From a virus (taxonomy: Duplodnaviria > Heunggongvirae > Uroviricota > Caudoviricetes): a stretch of DNA of 22,725 nt. Where the stretch lies: positions 1 through 22,725 of the IMG/VR virus record IMGVR_UViG_2681813227_000023; one strand, 5' to 3'. Every line of letters begins with the position of its first letter. Within the stretch, counting starts at the first letter, position 1. The position numbers were made by a program, and so were the translations under genes. The notes beneath the pieces were generated by a model. It was not told where the DNA came from and did not search any database. It saw only the letters and a list, made by a program, of their open reading frames with translations. Of this stretch, positions 14,548 to 22,725 are shown piece after piece.

Positions 14548-14754
14548 ATGTGCATGGGTAGCTCACCGTCAGTGCCTGCAACACCAGAAGTTCAGGCAGC
14601 ACCACAGGAGCAGGATGCCGCCGTTGTTGATGCCCGCAACGAAGAAACTCGTCGCCGTCGCGCTGCTGCTGGTCGTAGTTCTACGCTGCTTACCGGTTCT
14701 CAGGGCGACACATCAACCGCTAATACCAGCGGTAAAACGCTACTTGGTCAGTAA
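14548..14754 (+). CDS. Hypothetical small Arg-rich protein (68 aa) preceding the portal gene
   Basis: ATG with GGAG SD; the leader GGAGTCATTGA is repeated identically before the portal ATG. Arg-rich stretch EETRRRRAAAGR. The overlapping 14528 frame looks less coding-like. Confidence 0.45.
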   Translation: MCMGSSPSVPATPEVQAAPQEQDAAVVDARNEETRRRRAAAGRSSTLLTGSQGDTSTANTSGKTLLGQ

Positions 14755-14768
14755 CCGGAGTCATTGAA

Positions 14769-16448
14769 ATGGCGGAAACAACTAAAGAGCGATTGAACAA
14801 ACAGTTCGCACAACTTGAAAGCGAGCGTCAGTCGTTCGAGCCGCACTGGCGCGAGTTGAGTGATTACATCAACCCGCGTGGTTCCCGCTTTCTGACTTCT
14901 GAGGTCAACCGTAACGATCGACGCAATACACGCATTATTGATTCAACCGGGACTATGGCGGCGCGCACTCTCGCCAGCGGCATGATGTCAGGCATCACAA
15001 GCCCCGCGCGTCCGTGGTTTCGCCTGGCTACGCCAGATCCTGAAATGATGGATTATGGCCCTGTTAAGTTGTGGCTTGAGGCAGTGCAGAACCGCATGAA
15101 CGATATGTTCAATAAGTCGAATCTCTATCAGTCGCTGCCGCAGTTATACGGAAGCCTCGGCACATACAGCACCGGTGCAATGGCGGTACTGGAGGATGAC
15201 GAGGACATCATTCGCACAATGCCATTCCCGATAGGCAGTTACTACCTTGCTAACTCACCTCGTGGCAGTGTGGACACCTGTTTTCGCAAGTTCTCTATGA
15301 CTGTTCGTCAGCTTGTTCAGGAGTTCGGGCTAAATAACGTCAGCGAATCCGTAAAAAGCATGTGGGAAAGCGGCACCTACGAGAAGTGGATTGAAGTGAT
15401 GCATTCGGTTTACCCGAACATTGACCGCGATACATCGAAGCTGGATAGCAAGAACAAGCCATTCAAATCGGTTTATTACGAGGTTGGCGGCGATAACGAC
15501 AAGTTGTTGCGTGAGTCCGGATTCGATGAGTTTCCAATTATGGCTCCGCGCTGGGAAGTTAACGGCGAAGATGTTTATGGATCATCATGCCCGGGTATGC
15601 TGGCGCTTGGACCTGTTAAGGCATTGCAGCTTCTCCAGAAACGCAAGTCGCAGTTGATTGATAAAGCCACCAATCCGCCGATGGTTGCTCCGACTTCCCT
15701 CAAGAATCAGCGCGCCTCCCTTCTTCCTGGCGACATCACGTATATCGATCAGATTACTGGTCAGGATGGTTTCAGGCCTGCTTATCTGGTTAACCCCAGT
15801 ACAGCAGATTTGGTGGCAGACATTCAGGACACTCGTCAAATCATTAACAGCGCCTACTTTGTCGATCTGTTCATGATGTTGCAGAACATCAATACCCGCT
15901 CGATGCCTGTGGAAGCGGTGATCGAAATGAAAGAAGAAAAACTTCTGATGTTGGGGCCGGTTCTGGAGCGTCTGAACGACGAATGTCTTAATCCTCTCAT
16001 TGACCGCGCTTTCTCGATGATGGTGCGTAAAAACATGCTGCCGCCACCGCCTGACGCGATGGAAGGTATGCCCCTGAAGGTCGAATACATTTCCGTCATG
16101 GCTCAGGCGCAGAAGTCTATCGGCCTGTCCAGTCTGGCGTCTACGGTCAACTTCATTGGTCAACTTGCGCAAGCGAAACCAGAAGCTCTCGACAAACTCA
16201 ACGTTGATCAGGCGATCGATGCATTCGCTGATATGTCCGGAGTGTCTCCAACCGTCATTGTTCCGCAGGAACAGGTTGAGCAGGCTCGCCAGCAACGGGC
16301 ACAGCAACAACAGCAGCAACAAATGATGGCGATGGGGATGGCGGCGGCACAGGGTGCCAAGACGCTAAGCGAAGCTAAAACTTCGGATCCGAGTGTTTTG
16401 TCAGCTATGGCGAATGCAGTTAGTGGTCAGGGTGGGCAATCACAATGA
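14769..16448 (+). CDS. Portal / head-to-tail connector protein, T7 gp8-like (559 aa)
   Basis: Size, position after terminase, and Gln/Ala/Met-rich C-terminus (QARQQRAQQQQQQQMMAMGMAAAQGA) resembling the T7 gp8 C-terminus. Confidence 0.75.
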   Translation: MAETTKERLNKQFAQLESERQSFEPHWRELSDYINPRGSRFLTSEVNRNDRRNTRIIDSTGTMAARTLASGMMSGITSPARPWFRLATPDPEMMDYGPVKLWLEAVQNRMNDMFNKSNLYQSLPQLYGSLGTYSTGAMAVLEDDEDIIRTMPFPIGSYYLANSPRGSVDTCFRKFSMTVRQLVQEFGLNNVSESVKSMWESGTYEKWIEVMHSVYPNIDRDTSKLDSKNKPFKSVYYEVGGDNDKLLRESGFDEFPIMAPRWEVNGEDVYGSSCPGMLALGPVKALQLLQKRKSQLIDKATNPPMVAPTSLKNQRASLLPGDITYIDQITGQDGFRPAYLVNPSTADLVADIQDTRQIINSAYFVDLFMMLQNINTRSMPVEAVIEMKEEKLLMLGPVLERLNDECLNPLIDRAFSMMVRKNMLPPPPDAMEGMPLKVEYISVMAQAQKSIGLSSLASTVNFIGQLAQAKPEALDKLNVDQAIDAFADMSGVSPTVIVPQEQVEQARQQRAQQQQQQQMMAMGMAAAQGAKTLSEAKTSDPSVLSAMANAVSGQGGQSQ

Positions 16449-16741
16449 CAGATTACGAAGACGATCAACTGAAAGAAGAAAACGCCCGTAAGCAACGTGA
16501 CATGGCACAGCGTGAAATTGATGACATTCGCTTTGTCATGAGCAGTGAACAGGGGCGTCGGGTTGTCTGGTCGGTGCTGGAGAAAGGCCGTGTGTTTTCC
16601 GCTATCTCACCGATGGACGCTATGGCAATGGCATTTAATGAGGGGCAACGCAATCTGGCGCTGGAACTGTTTCAGCGCGTTATGGCGCATTGCCCTGAAC
16701 AGTATTTGAAGATGGCCAAAGAGGCCAGTGAACAGGAGTGA
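16445..16741 (+). CDS. Hypothetical morphogenesis-module protein (98 aa)
   Basis: ATGA overlap with the portal stop; stop 2 nt before the scaffold start. Confidence 0.5.
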   Translation: MTDYEDDQLKEENARKQRDMAQREIDDIRFVMSSEQGRRVVWSVLEKGRVFSAISPMDAMAMAFNEGQRNLALELFQRVMAHCPEQYLKMAKEASEQE

Positions 16742-16743
16742 TC

Positions 16744-17439
16744 ATGAATTTATTTGAGCGTTTGCTGTATCGCCGTCTTTGCAATGAGCAACCAGTCGAT
16801 GGTGGAGCAGCTCCGGCTGCGTCAGAACCGTCAGCGCCTGCAGGTGATAACCCTGCTCCAGTTGGTGATCCATCACAACAGGAAGGTGATAAGCCACAAC
16901 CTGTTGCTGATGGCGATAAACCTGCTGATGACAAAAAGCCTGAAAACGATAAGCAGGATGAAAAAAAGGACGGCGATAAACCAGAGGGTGCGCCTGAAAA
17001 GTACGAGTTTCAGGCTGCCGAAGGCGTAGAGCTGGATACAGAAGCGTTGAAGGAATTCGAGCCGGTGGCGCGAGAACTAAACCTGACCAACGAGCAAGCG
17101 CAAAAGCTGGTTGATGCTTATCCGAAGATTCTGGCAGGTGTTCAGCAGCGCCAGGCAGAAGCCTGGCAGAAAACAACCGAGCAGTGGGCTGCGGATGTAA
17201 AAGCCGACAAAGAAATCGGTGGCGACAAGTTGATTTCTAACCTTAGCGCCGCACAGCGTGCGCTTGACCAGTTCGGGACACCTGAACTCAAAGAATATCT
17301 GAACACCACCGGGCTGGGTAATCACCCTGATCTGGTCAAAACGTTCGTGAAAATCGGAAAGGCGATGTCTGAAGATGGCATGGTCACCGGTGGTAATGAA
17401 GGCCAGCGTAGTGCGGCCGAAGTGCTCTATGGCAAATAA
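16744..17439 (+). CDS. Putative scaffolding protein (231 aa)
   Basis: Highly acidic, Pro/Asp/Lys-rich low-complexity N-terminal half and helical C-terminal half, located between portal and major capsid genes. ATG 16744 with AGGAG SD. Confidence 0.6.
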   Translation: MNLFERLLYRRLCNEQPVDGGAAPAASEPSAPAGDNPAPVGDPSQQEGDKPQPVADGDKPADDKKPENDKQDEKKDGDKPEGAPEKYEFQAAEGVELDTEALKEFEPVARELNLTNEQAQKLVDAYPKILAGVQQRQAEAWQKTTEQWAADVKADKEIGGDKLISNLSAAQRALDQFGTPELKEYLNTTGLGNHPDLVKTFVKIGKAMSEDGMVTGGNEGQRSAAEVLYGK

Positions 17440-17453
17440 GAGAGGAAATGACA

Positions 17454-18440
17454 ATGGCTGTTAAAGGCTTAACTGCGCTAACGCTGGCTGACTGGGGTAA
17501 GCGCGTCGATCCAAACGGGAAAGTCGATAAGATTATCGAGCTTCTCAATCAAACTAACCCAATTCTTCAGGATATGCCTTTTGTTGAAGGAAACCTTCCT
17601 ACCGGACACCGAACCACCATTCGTTCTGGTTTACCTTCCGCTACCTGGCGTTTGCTGAACTATGGCGTACAGCCAAGCAAATCAACCACAGTGCAGGTCA
17701 CCGATTCCATTGGCATGCTGGAAACCTATGCTGAAGTCGATAAGTCTCTGGCTGATCTGAACGGTAATACTGCCGAATTCCGTCTGTCTGAAGACCGAGC
17801 ATTTATTGAAGCGATGAATCAGGCGATGGCGCAGACACTGTTTTACGGTGATTCCAGCGTTAACCCTCAGCAGTTTATGGGACTGTCCTCCCGATATTCC
17901 AGCCTGTCTGCGGGTAATGCTCAGAACATCATTGATGCTGGTGGCACGGGTACAGATAACACTTCAATCTGGTTAGTGGTGTGGGGCGAAAACACCGTGC
18001 ATGGCATCTTCCCGAAAGGACAGAAGGCTGGCATTCAGATGGAAGATAAAGGCCAGGTGACACTGGAAGATGCTAATGGCGGCAAGTACGAAGGTTATCG
18101 TACCCATTATAAGTGGGACAACGGGCTGACATTACGTGACTGGCGCTATGTAGTTCGTATCGCAAACATTGATGTCAGTAATCTTGACGCTCCTTCTACT
18201 GCCGCGAATATCGCAAAACTGATGATTCGTGCCCTTCATCGAATCCCAAATCGTGGGATGGGACGTCCTGTTTTCTACATGAACAGAACCATTAACGAAG
18301 TGCTTGACCTGCAATCTCTGGAGAAGAGTTCTCTGGCGATCAGCGTGAAAGAGACAGAAGGCGAATGGTGGACAGCACTTCGTGGTGTGCCGATTCGCGA
18401 AACTGACGCACTTCTGGAAACAGAAGCCCGCGTGGTGTAA
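17454..18440 (+). CDS. Major capsid protein (328 aa from ATG 17454; ATG 17448 also possible)
   Basis: About 330-aa protein after the scaffold gene, strong GAGAGGA SD, and a terminator after the next two small genes, as expected for a highly expressed coat gene. Confidence 0.75.
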   Translation: MAVKGLTALTLADWGKRVDPNGKVDKIIELLNQTNPILQDMPFVEGNLPTGHRTTIRSGLPSATWRLLNYGVQPSKSTTVQVTDSIGMLETYAEVDKSLADLNGNTAEFRLSEDRAFIEAMNQAMAQTLFYGDSSVNPQQFMGLSSRYSSLSAGNAQNIIDAGGTGTDNTSIWLVVWGENTVHGIFPKGQKAGIQMEDKGQVTLEDANGGKYEGYRTHYKWDNGLTLRDWRYVVRIANIDVSNLDAPSTAANIAKLMIRALHRIPNRGMGRPVFYMNRTINEVLDLQSLEKSSLAISVKETEGEWWTALRGVPIRETDALLETEARVV

Positions 18441-18491
18441 CGCCTGTTATTAACCTGTGGGCCGCAACAGGCCCACTAATGGAGAAAGAAG

Positions 18492-18929
18492 ATGATCACC
18501 GACAAACTGTTGATGTTCTCCGAAGCACAGGCGGTAACTGATACCGCGGCTTCTACTGACGTAATCGATCTCGGTCCAATTGACGGAAACCGTCGCGATA
18601 TCGGTGTGGGTTACCCGCTTGAGTTTTGGGTGCTGGTTAACGAAGCCGCCACGGCAAGTGGTGAGGCAACTGTAAACATCCAGTTGCAGACGAGTGAGAA
18701 TAACAGCTCATGGTCCACTATTTATGATAGTGGCGCACTGGCAAAGGCTACCCTGACAGCAGGTAAACGAGTTGTTTCTGCAAAGGTGCCTGCCGGTGTT
18801 CTGCGATATCTGCGTGTTAACTACTCCGTCGCAACTGGCCCACTAACGGCCGGCAAATTCACTGCGGGTATCAGTCTGGATGTTGATGCCAATACGCCGT
18901 ACCCGATCCGCTCAAAAGTAACTGGTTAA
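18492..18929 (+). CDS. Putative capsid-associated structural protein (145 aa)
   Basis: Position immediately after the capsid gene; beta-rich composition. No confident family assignment. Confidence 0.45.
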   Translation: MITDKLLMFSEAQAVTDTAASTDVIDLGPIDGNRRDIGVGYPLEFWVLVNEAATASGEATVNIQLQTSENNSSWSTIYDSGALAKATLTAGKRVVSAKVPAGVLRYLRVNYSVATGPLTAGKFTAGISLDVDANTPYPIRSKVTG

Positions 18930-18939
18930 GGTGATATCG

Positions 18940-19275
18940 ATGTCAGGTGAGAAACCAAGATACCGCGTTCTGCGCCTCTCTCATATCCATAACACACTGT
19001 GGCCGGAGGGGGCAGAAATCGAATACGAAGGTGAGCCTGGTAGCGCACTGGAACCTGTTAACGATGCAGCCAGACAGGCAAAAGCAAAGGTAGCAGGAAA
19101 GGTGTCTATGGCAGCAACCAGCACCAAAATCATCAACGATGTGTCAGATGATGGTGAACTGGATAAGCTCCGTGAAGAGTACGAATTGCTCTTTAACGAG
19201 AAGCCACACCATAACGCTAAAGCCGAAACGCTCCGCGAGAAGATCGCAGATAAGCGTAAAGAACTGGGCGTGTAA
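18940..19275 (+). CDS. Hypothetical structural-module protein (111 aa)
   Basis: ATG 18940 with AAGGTGA SD; followed by a strong terminator. Confidence 0.45.
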   Translation: MSGEKPRYRVLRLSHIHNTLWPEGAEIEYEGEPGSALEPVNDAARQAKAKVAGKVSMAATSTKIINDVSDDGELDKLREEYELLFNEKPHHNAKAETLREKIADKRKELGV

Positions 19276-19293
19276 GCCTCGCGAATCCGACAA

Positions 19294-19313
19294 GGGGCTT
19301 CGGCCCCTTTATT
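19294..19313 (+). terminator. Rho-independent terminator (GGGGC-TTCG-GCCCC plus TTTATT)
   Basis: GC stem with UUCG tetraloop and U-tract directly after the capsid-gene cluster. Confidence 0.65.
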
Positions 19314-19325
19314 GCAGGAGTGTAT

Positions 19326-19649
19326 ATGGAACTCGTAAACCTCAAAACCGGCACTGACAGCTACCAGGATGAGAGCGGAGAAACCAGAACTCGCGATGAA
19401 TACCCGTGGGGGCTGTGCATCACTCTTAATAACGACACATTGAATAAGCTGAAGGCGCAACCTCAGGGCGTCGGAACAGAAGTGATGATAACTGCAAAGG
19501 CTGTTATTCGAGGCCTGTCTGCCAGAGAAACTGACGATGGTGTTAATCGCAGCGCCGATCTGCAGATCACTGATATGGCGATCGCTCCTGTTTCCGGGGA
19601 TGTAGAAAAATCAGCGGCTGAAACTCTGTACGGTAACGGAGGTGAGTGA
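19326..19649 (+). CDS. Hypothetical structural protein (107 aa) sharing a C-terminal SAAE(V/T)LYG motif with the scaffold protein
   Basis: ATG 19326 with AGGAG SD. C-terminus ...EKSAAETLYGNGGE versus scaffold ...QRSAAEVLYGK. Confidence 0.45.
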   Translation: MELVNLKTGTDSYQDESGETRTRDEYPWGLCITLNNDTLNKLKAQPQGVGTEVMITAKAVIRGLSARETDDGVNRSADLQITDMAIAPVSGDVEKSAAETLYGNGGE

Positions 19650-20254
19650 TGGCCTCTGTAGTAGAGATCTGTAATCGTGCGCTGTCCAATATTGGCAATA
19701 GCCGCAGCATTAACAGCCTGACGGAAGCCAGCAAGGAAGCGGGGGAATGTTCGCTGCACTTTGAGGCCTGCCGTGATGCTGTGCTTTCTGATTTTGACTG
19801 GAACTTTGCTACCAAACGCGTGGCGCTTGCAGATACGAGCAATCCACCGCCTGACTGGGAATATGCGTACCAGTACCCGTCCGATTGTCTGCGCATTACT
19901 GAAATTATGCTTCCTGGTGTACGCAATCCAACAGCAGCAATGCGCGTTCAGTACGAAGTTGGTGCAGACACCAACGGAACAGGAAAATTGATCTATACAG
20001 ACCAGCCGCAGGCATGGCTCAAGTATGTCTCTCGCGTTTCAGATGTGAACATGTTTGATGCCATTTTTATGGAGGCGCTGGCCTGGCGTCTTGCGGCAGC
20101 CATTAACATGGCGCTGACTGGGAATGCGGATCTCGGTACATTTGCTCTCAATATGTACAATCGCGTGATTCTTAGTGCTGGTTCGCATAGCCAGAATGAA
20201 TCACAGGAACCACAGCCACCGGTTGACGAGTTTACCATTGCGAGGTTGTCCTGA
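19649..20254 (+). CDS. Putative head-tail adaptor / tail tubular protein A-like (201 aa)
   Basis: Size and position match T7 gp11; N-terminal VEICNRALSNIG...INSL resembles the gp11-type N-terminus (VNDILASIG...VSTL). TGATG overlap with the upstream stop. Confidence 0.5.
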   Translation: MASVVEICNRALSNIGNSRSINSLTEASKEAGECSLHFEACRDAVLSDFDWNFATKRVALADTSNPPPDWEYAYQYPSDCLRITEIMLPGVRNPTAAMRVQYEVGADTNGTGKLIYTDQPQAWLKYVSRVSDVNMFDAIFMEALAWRLAAAINMALTGNADLGTFALNMYNRVILSAGSHSQNESQEPQPPVDEFTIARLS

Positions 20255-22725
20255 TGGCTATCAGTTGGATCCAGCCCAGCTTTGCTGGTGGTGAGATTGG
20301 ACCGTCGTTGTACGGTCGTATCGACATGGCGAAGTACCAGGTGGCATTGCGCAAGTGCGATAACTTTATCGTGCGGCAGTATGGCGGCGTTGAGAATCGA
20401 CCTGGTACGCGTTTTGTCGGTGCCGCCAAATACCCAAATCGGAAATGCCGCCTGATCCCGTTCCAGTTCTCGACGGTTCAGACCTATGCTCTGGAGTTCG
20501 GACACCAGTACATGCGCGTTATCAAAGATGGTGCGTTGGTGCTGAACAGCAGCAATGTTATTTATGAAATTGCCACGCCATATACTGAAGCCGATCTGTT
20601 CCGAATTAAATTCACGCAAAGCGCAGACGTGCTTACGCTTGTTCATCCGGCATACCCGCCGAAAGAGTTGCGTCGCTATGCGCATGACAACTGGCAACTG
20701 GTTGATGTGGTAACGAAGAACGGACCATTTGAAGATATCAATATTGACGAGTCAGTGACGGTTTATGCCAGCGCCAGCACCGGGACAATTACGTTAACGG
20801 CAAGCGCCTCTATTTTTGGCGCGGAGCAGGTAGGCAAATTGTTCTATCTGGAACAGCCAGCAGTGGATTCAGTACCGGTATGGGAAACCAGTAAGAGTAC
20901 GTCGATTGGCGATATTCGCCGTGCAGACAGTAACTACTATCGCGCCGTTACAGCAGGCAAAACAGGTACTTTGCGCCCTTCGCATACAGAAGGCACATCA
21001 TGGGATGGCTGGGGCGGATCCGGTGATGATGATACTGGCATTGAGTGGGAATATCTGCACAGTGGTTTTGGCATTGCCCGTATCACTGCTGCAAATGGAA
21101 CTACTGCAACTGCCGAGGTGATTTCCTATATCCCTTCGCAGGTAGTTGGCGAGGATAATGCCAGCTATAAATGGGCTAAATATGCCTGGAACAGTGTTAA
21201 TGGTTATCCTGGCACTGTTGTTTATTATCAACAACGTCTTTACTTCGCCGCATCGACTGCGTTCCCTCAGACTATCTGGGCCAGCCGTACCGGGGATTAT
21301 AAGGATTTTGGCAAAAGCAATCCTACGCAGGATGACGACAGAATTATCTACACCTATGCCGGGCGTCAGGTTAATGAGATCCGTCACCTGATTGATGTTG
21401 GTTCTCTGGTGGCGCTGACTTCCGGAGGTGAGTACGTCATCACCGGCGACCAGAACAAAGTGTTAACCCCATCATCATTTGCATTCAGCTCTCAGGGATC
21501 AAATGGCTCAAGCAACGTCCCACCAATTGCCGTAGCGAATATTGCTCTGTTCGTCCAGGAGAAAGGCAGTGTTGTCCGTGATCTGGCCTACTCATTCGAT
21601 GTTGACGGCTATCAGGGGAACGACCTGACCATCCTTGCCAATCATCTTTTTCAGAAGCACAGCATTGTTGACTGGTGCTTCTCTATTGTCCCTTACTCCA
21701 GCGCCTTCTGCATTCGTGATGACGGTAAATTACTGGTGATGACCTATTTGCGTGATCAGCAGGTTTTTGCATGGGCACCACAATCCAGTACCGGAAAATA
21801 TGAAAGCACATGCAGTATCAGCGAAGGCAATGAAGATGCGGTGTATTTCGTCGTTAACCGAACCGTTAACGGGCAAACAGTGAGATACATCGAGCGGCTG
21901 TCCAGCCGTTTATTTACCAGCGATGAAGATGCTTTCTTTGTTGATTCTGGCCTTAGCTATGATGGAAGAAATACGTCTGACAGAACGATGACCATCACTG
22001 GTGGCTCTGGCGAATGGGATTATCGCGCGGAATATACAATCAGTGTTTCTGGTGGTGCGTACTTCACCAGTAGTGATGTCGGCGCGCAACTACAGTTCCC
22101 TTATGCCGGAACTGATCCTGATACTGGCGATGAAGTGTCAAAAGAATTACGTTGCGACATTATTTCTGTAACCAGTAATACCGCAGTAGTGGTTCGTGCT
22201 AACAGGAACGTCCCGCCATCCCTCAGGAATGTGTCCACCACGAACTGGCAGATGGCGCGCCGGACATTTGGAGGCCTGTCTCATCTTGAAGGCCAGACCG
22301 TAAACATTCTCTCTGATGCGAACGTGGAACCACAGAAAGTGGTTTCCGGAGGTGCCGTCACGCTGGAATCTCCGGGGGCTGTAGTGCACATCGGCCTGCC
22401 AATAACTGCTGAATTCGAAACACTGGATATCAACATTAACGGACAGGAAACGCTGCTGGACAAAAAACAGGTGATCCCCTCCGTTACTCTGGTTGTGAAT
22501 GCCAGTCGCGGCATCTGGGCGACTACGCCTGGCGGTAAATGGTACGAATATCCACAGCGTGAATTCGAGTTCTACGATGATCCTGTTGATGATGCTACCG
22601 GAAAAGTAGAAGTGAAACTGGACAGTAACTGGGGCAAAAACGGACGTGTAAAAATCCGTCAGCTTGATCCGTTGCCGCTGTCTGTTCTTGCCGTTATTCC
22701 TCGCCTTACTGTTGGGGGATTCTGA
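20254..22725 (+). CDS. Putative tail tubular protein B / nozzle protein, T7 gp12-like (823 aa)
   Basis: Size and position match T7 gp12; N-terminal PSFAGGEIGPSLYGR...GGVENRPGT parallels T7 gp12 NLKGGISQQPD...GLQKRPP. Stop codon is at the window end. Confidence 0.55.
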   Translation: MAISWIQPSFAGGEIGPSLYGRIDMAKYQVALRKCDNFIVRQYGGVENRPGTRFVGAAKYPNRKCRLIPFQFSTVQTYALEFGHQYMRVIKDGALVLNSSNVIYEIATPYTEADLFRIKFTQSADVLTLVHPAYPPKELRRYAHDNWQLVDVVTKNGPFEDINIDESVTVYASASTGTITLTASASIFGAEQVGKLFYLEQPAVDSVPVWETSKSTSIGDIRRADSNYYRAVTAGKTGTLRPSHTEGTSWDGWGGSGDDDTGIEWEYLHSGFGIARITAANGTTATAEVISYIPSQVVGEDNASYKWAKYAWNSVNGYPGTVVYYQQRLYFAASTAFPQTIWASRTGDYKDFGKSNPTQDDDRIIYTYAGRQVNEIRHLIDVGSLVALTSGGEYVITGDQNKVLTPSSFAFSSQGSNGSSNVPPIAVANIALFVQEKGSVVRDLAYSFDVDGYQGNDLTILANHLFQKHSIVDWCFSIVPYSSAFCIRDDGKLLVMTYLRDQQVFAWAPQSSTGKYESTCSISEGNEDAVYFVVNRTVNGQTVRYIERLSSRLFTSDEDAFFVDSGLSYDGRNTSDRTMTITGGSGEWDYRAEYTISVSGGAYFTSSDVGAQLQFPYAGTDPDTGDEVSKELRCDIISVTSNTAVVVRANRNVPPSLRNVSTTNWQMARRTFGGLSHLEGQTVNILSDANVEPQKVVSGGAVTLESPGAVVHIGLPITAEFETLDININGQETLLDKKQVIPSVTLVVNASRGIWATTPGGKWYEYPQREFEFYDDPVDDATGKVEVKLDSNWGKNGRVKIRQLDPLPLSVLAVIPRLTVGGF

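Noticed and set aside
1-22725. CRISPR arrays, retron-type reverse transcriptase, integrase/att sites and lysis cassette
   Set aside because: No regularly spaced direct-repeat array, no RT-like ORF, no tyrosine or serine recombinase ORF and no holin/endolysin-like ORF were found. These elements, if present, lie outside this window.

Overview
This 22.7 kb window reads as a nearly contiguous piece of a temperate enterobacterial phage or prophage with lambdoid early-gene organisation and a T7-like (podovirus) morphogenesis module. All calls rest on reading the sequence and remembered family signatures; no database search was run. Left to right: (i) a leftward (minus-strand) early operon with two small ORFs, a PD-(D/E)XK exonuclease, a Bet/RecT-type annealing protein, an AlpA-like regulator, an MT-A70 adenine methyltransferase and overlapping small ORFs; (ii) an immunity region with a two-HTH repressor (minus) diverging from a Cro-like gene (plus); (iii) a replication module with an initiator carrying internal iterons and a lambda-P-like helicase loader; (iv) an accessory block (DUF1064-like, HNH endonuclease, ead/Ea22-like proteins, DUF551-like, ASCH/DUF3850-like, a zinc-ribbon protein); (v) small and large terminase; (vi) a minus-strand insert with a conserved phage protein and a phage-borne tRNA-Arg(UCU); (vii) portal, scaffold, major capsid, small structural proteins and T7 gp11/gp12-like tail tubular proteins. 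No integrase, att site, lysis cassette or CRISPR array is visible. I could not identify a discrete novel system with confidence. The strongest unexplained signals are a six-copy TTACC-N5-GGTAA palindrome family placed well beyond the immunity region, an identical 14-bp palindrome bracketing the terminase genes, and several uncharacterised small-ORF clusters at positions where phages usually carry host-takeover or anti-defence genes.
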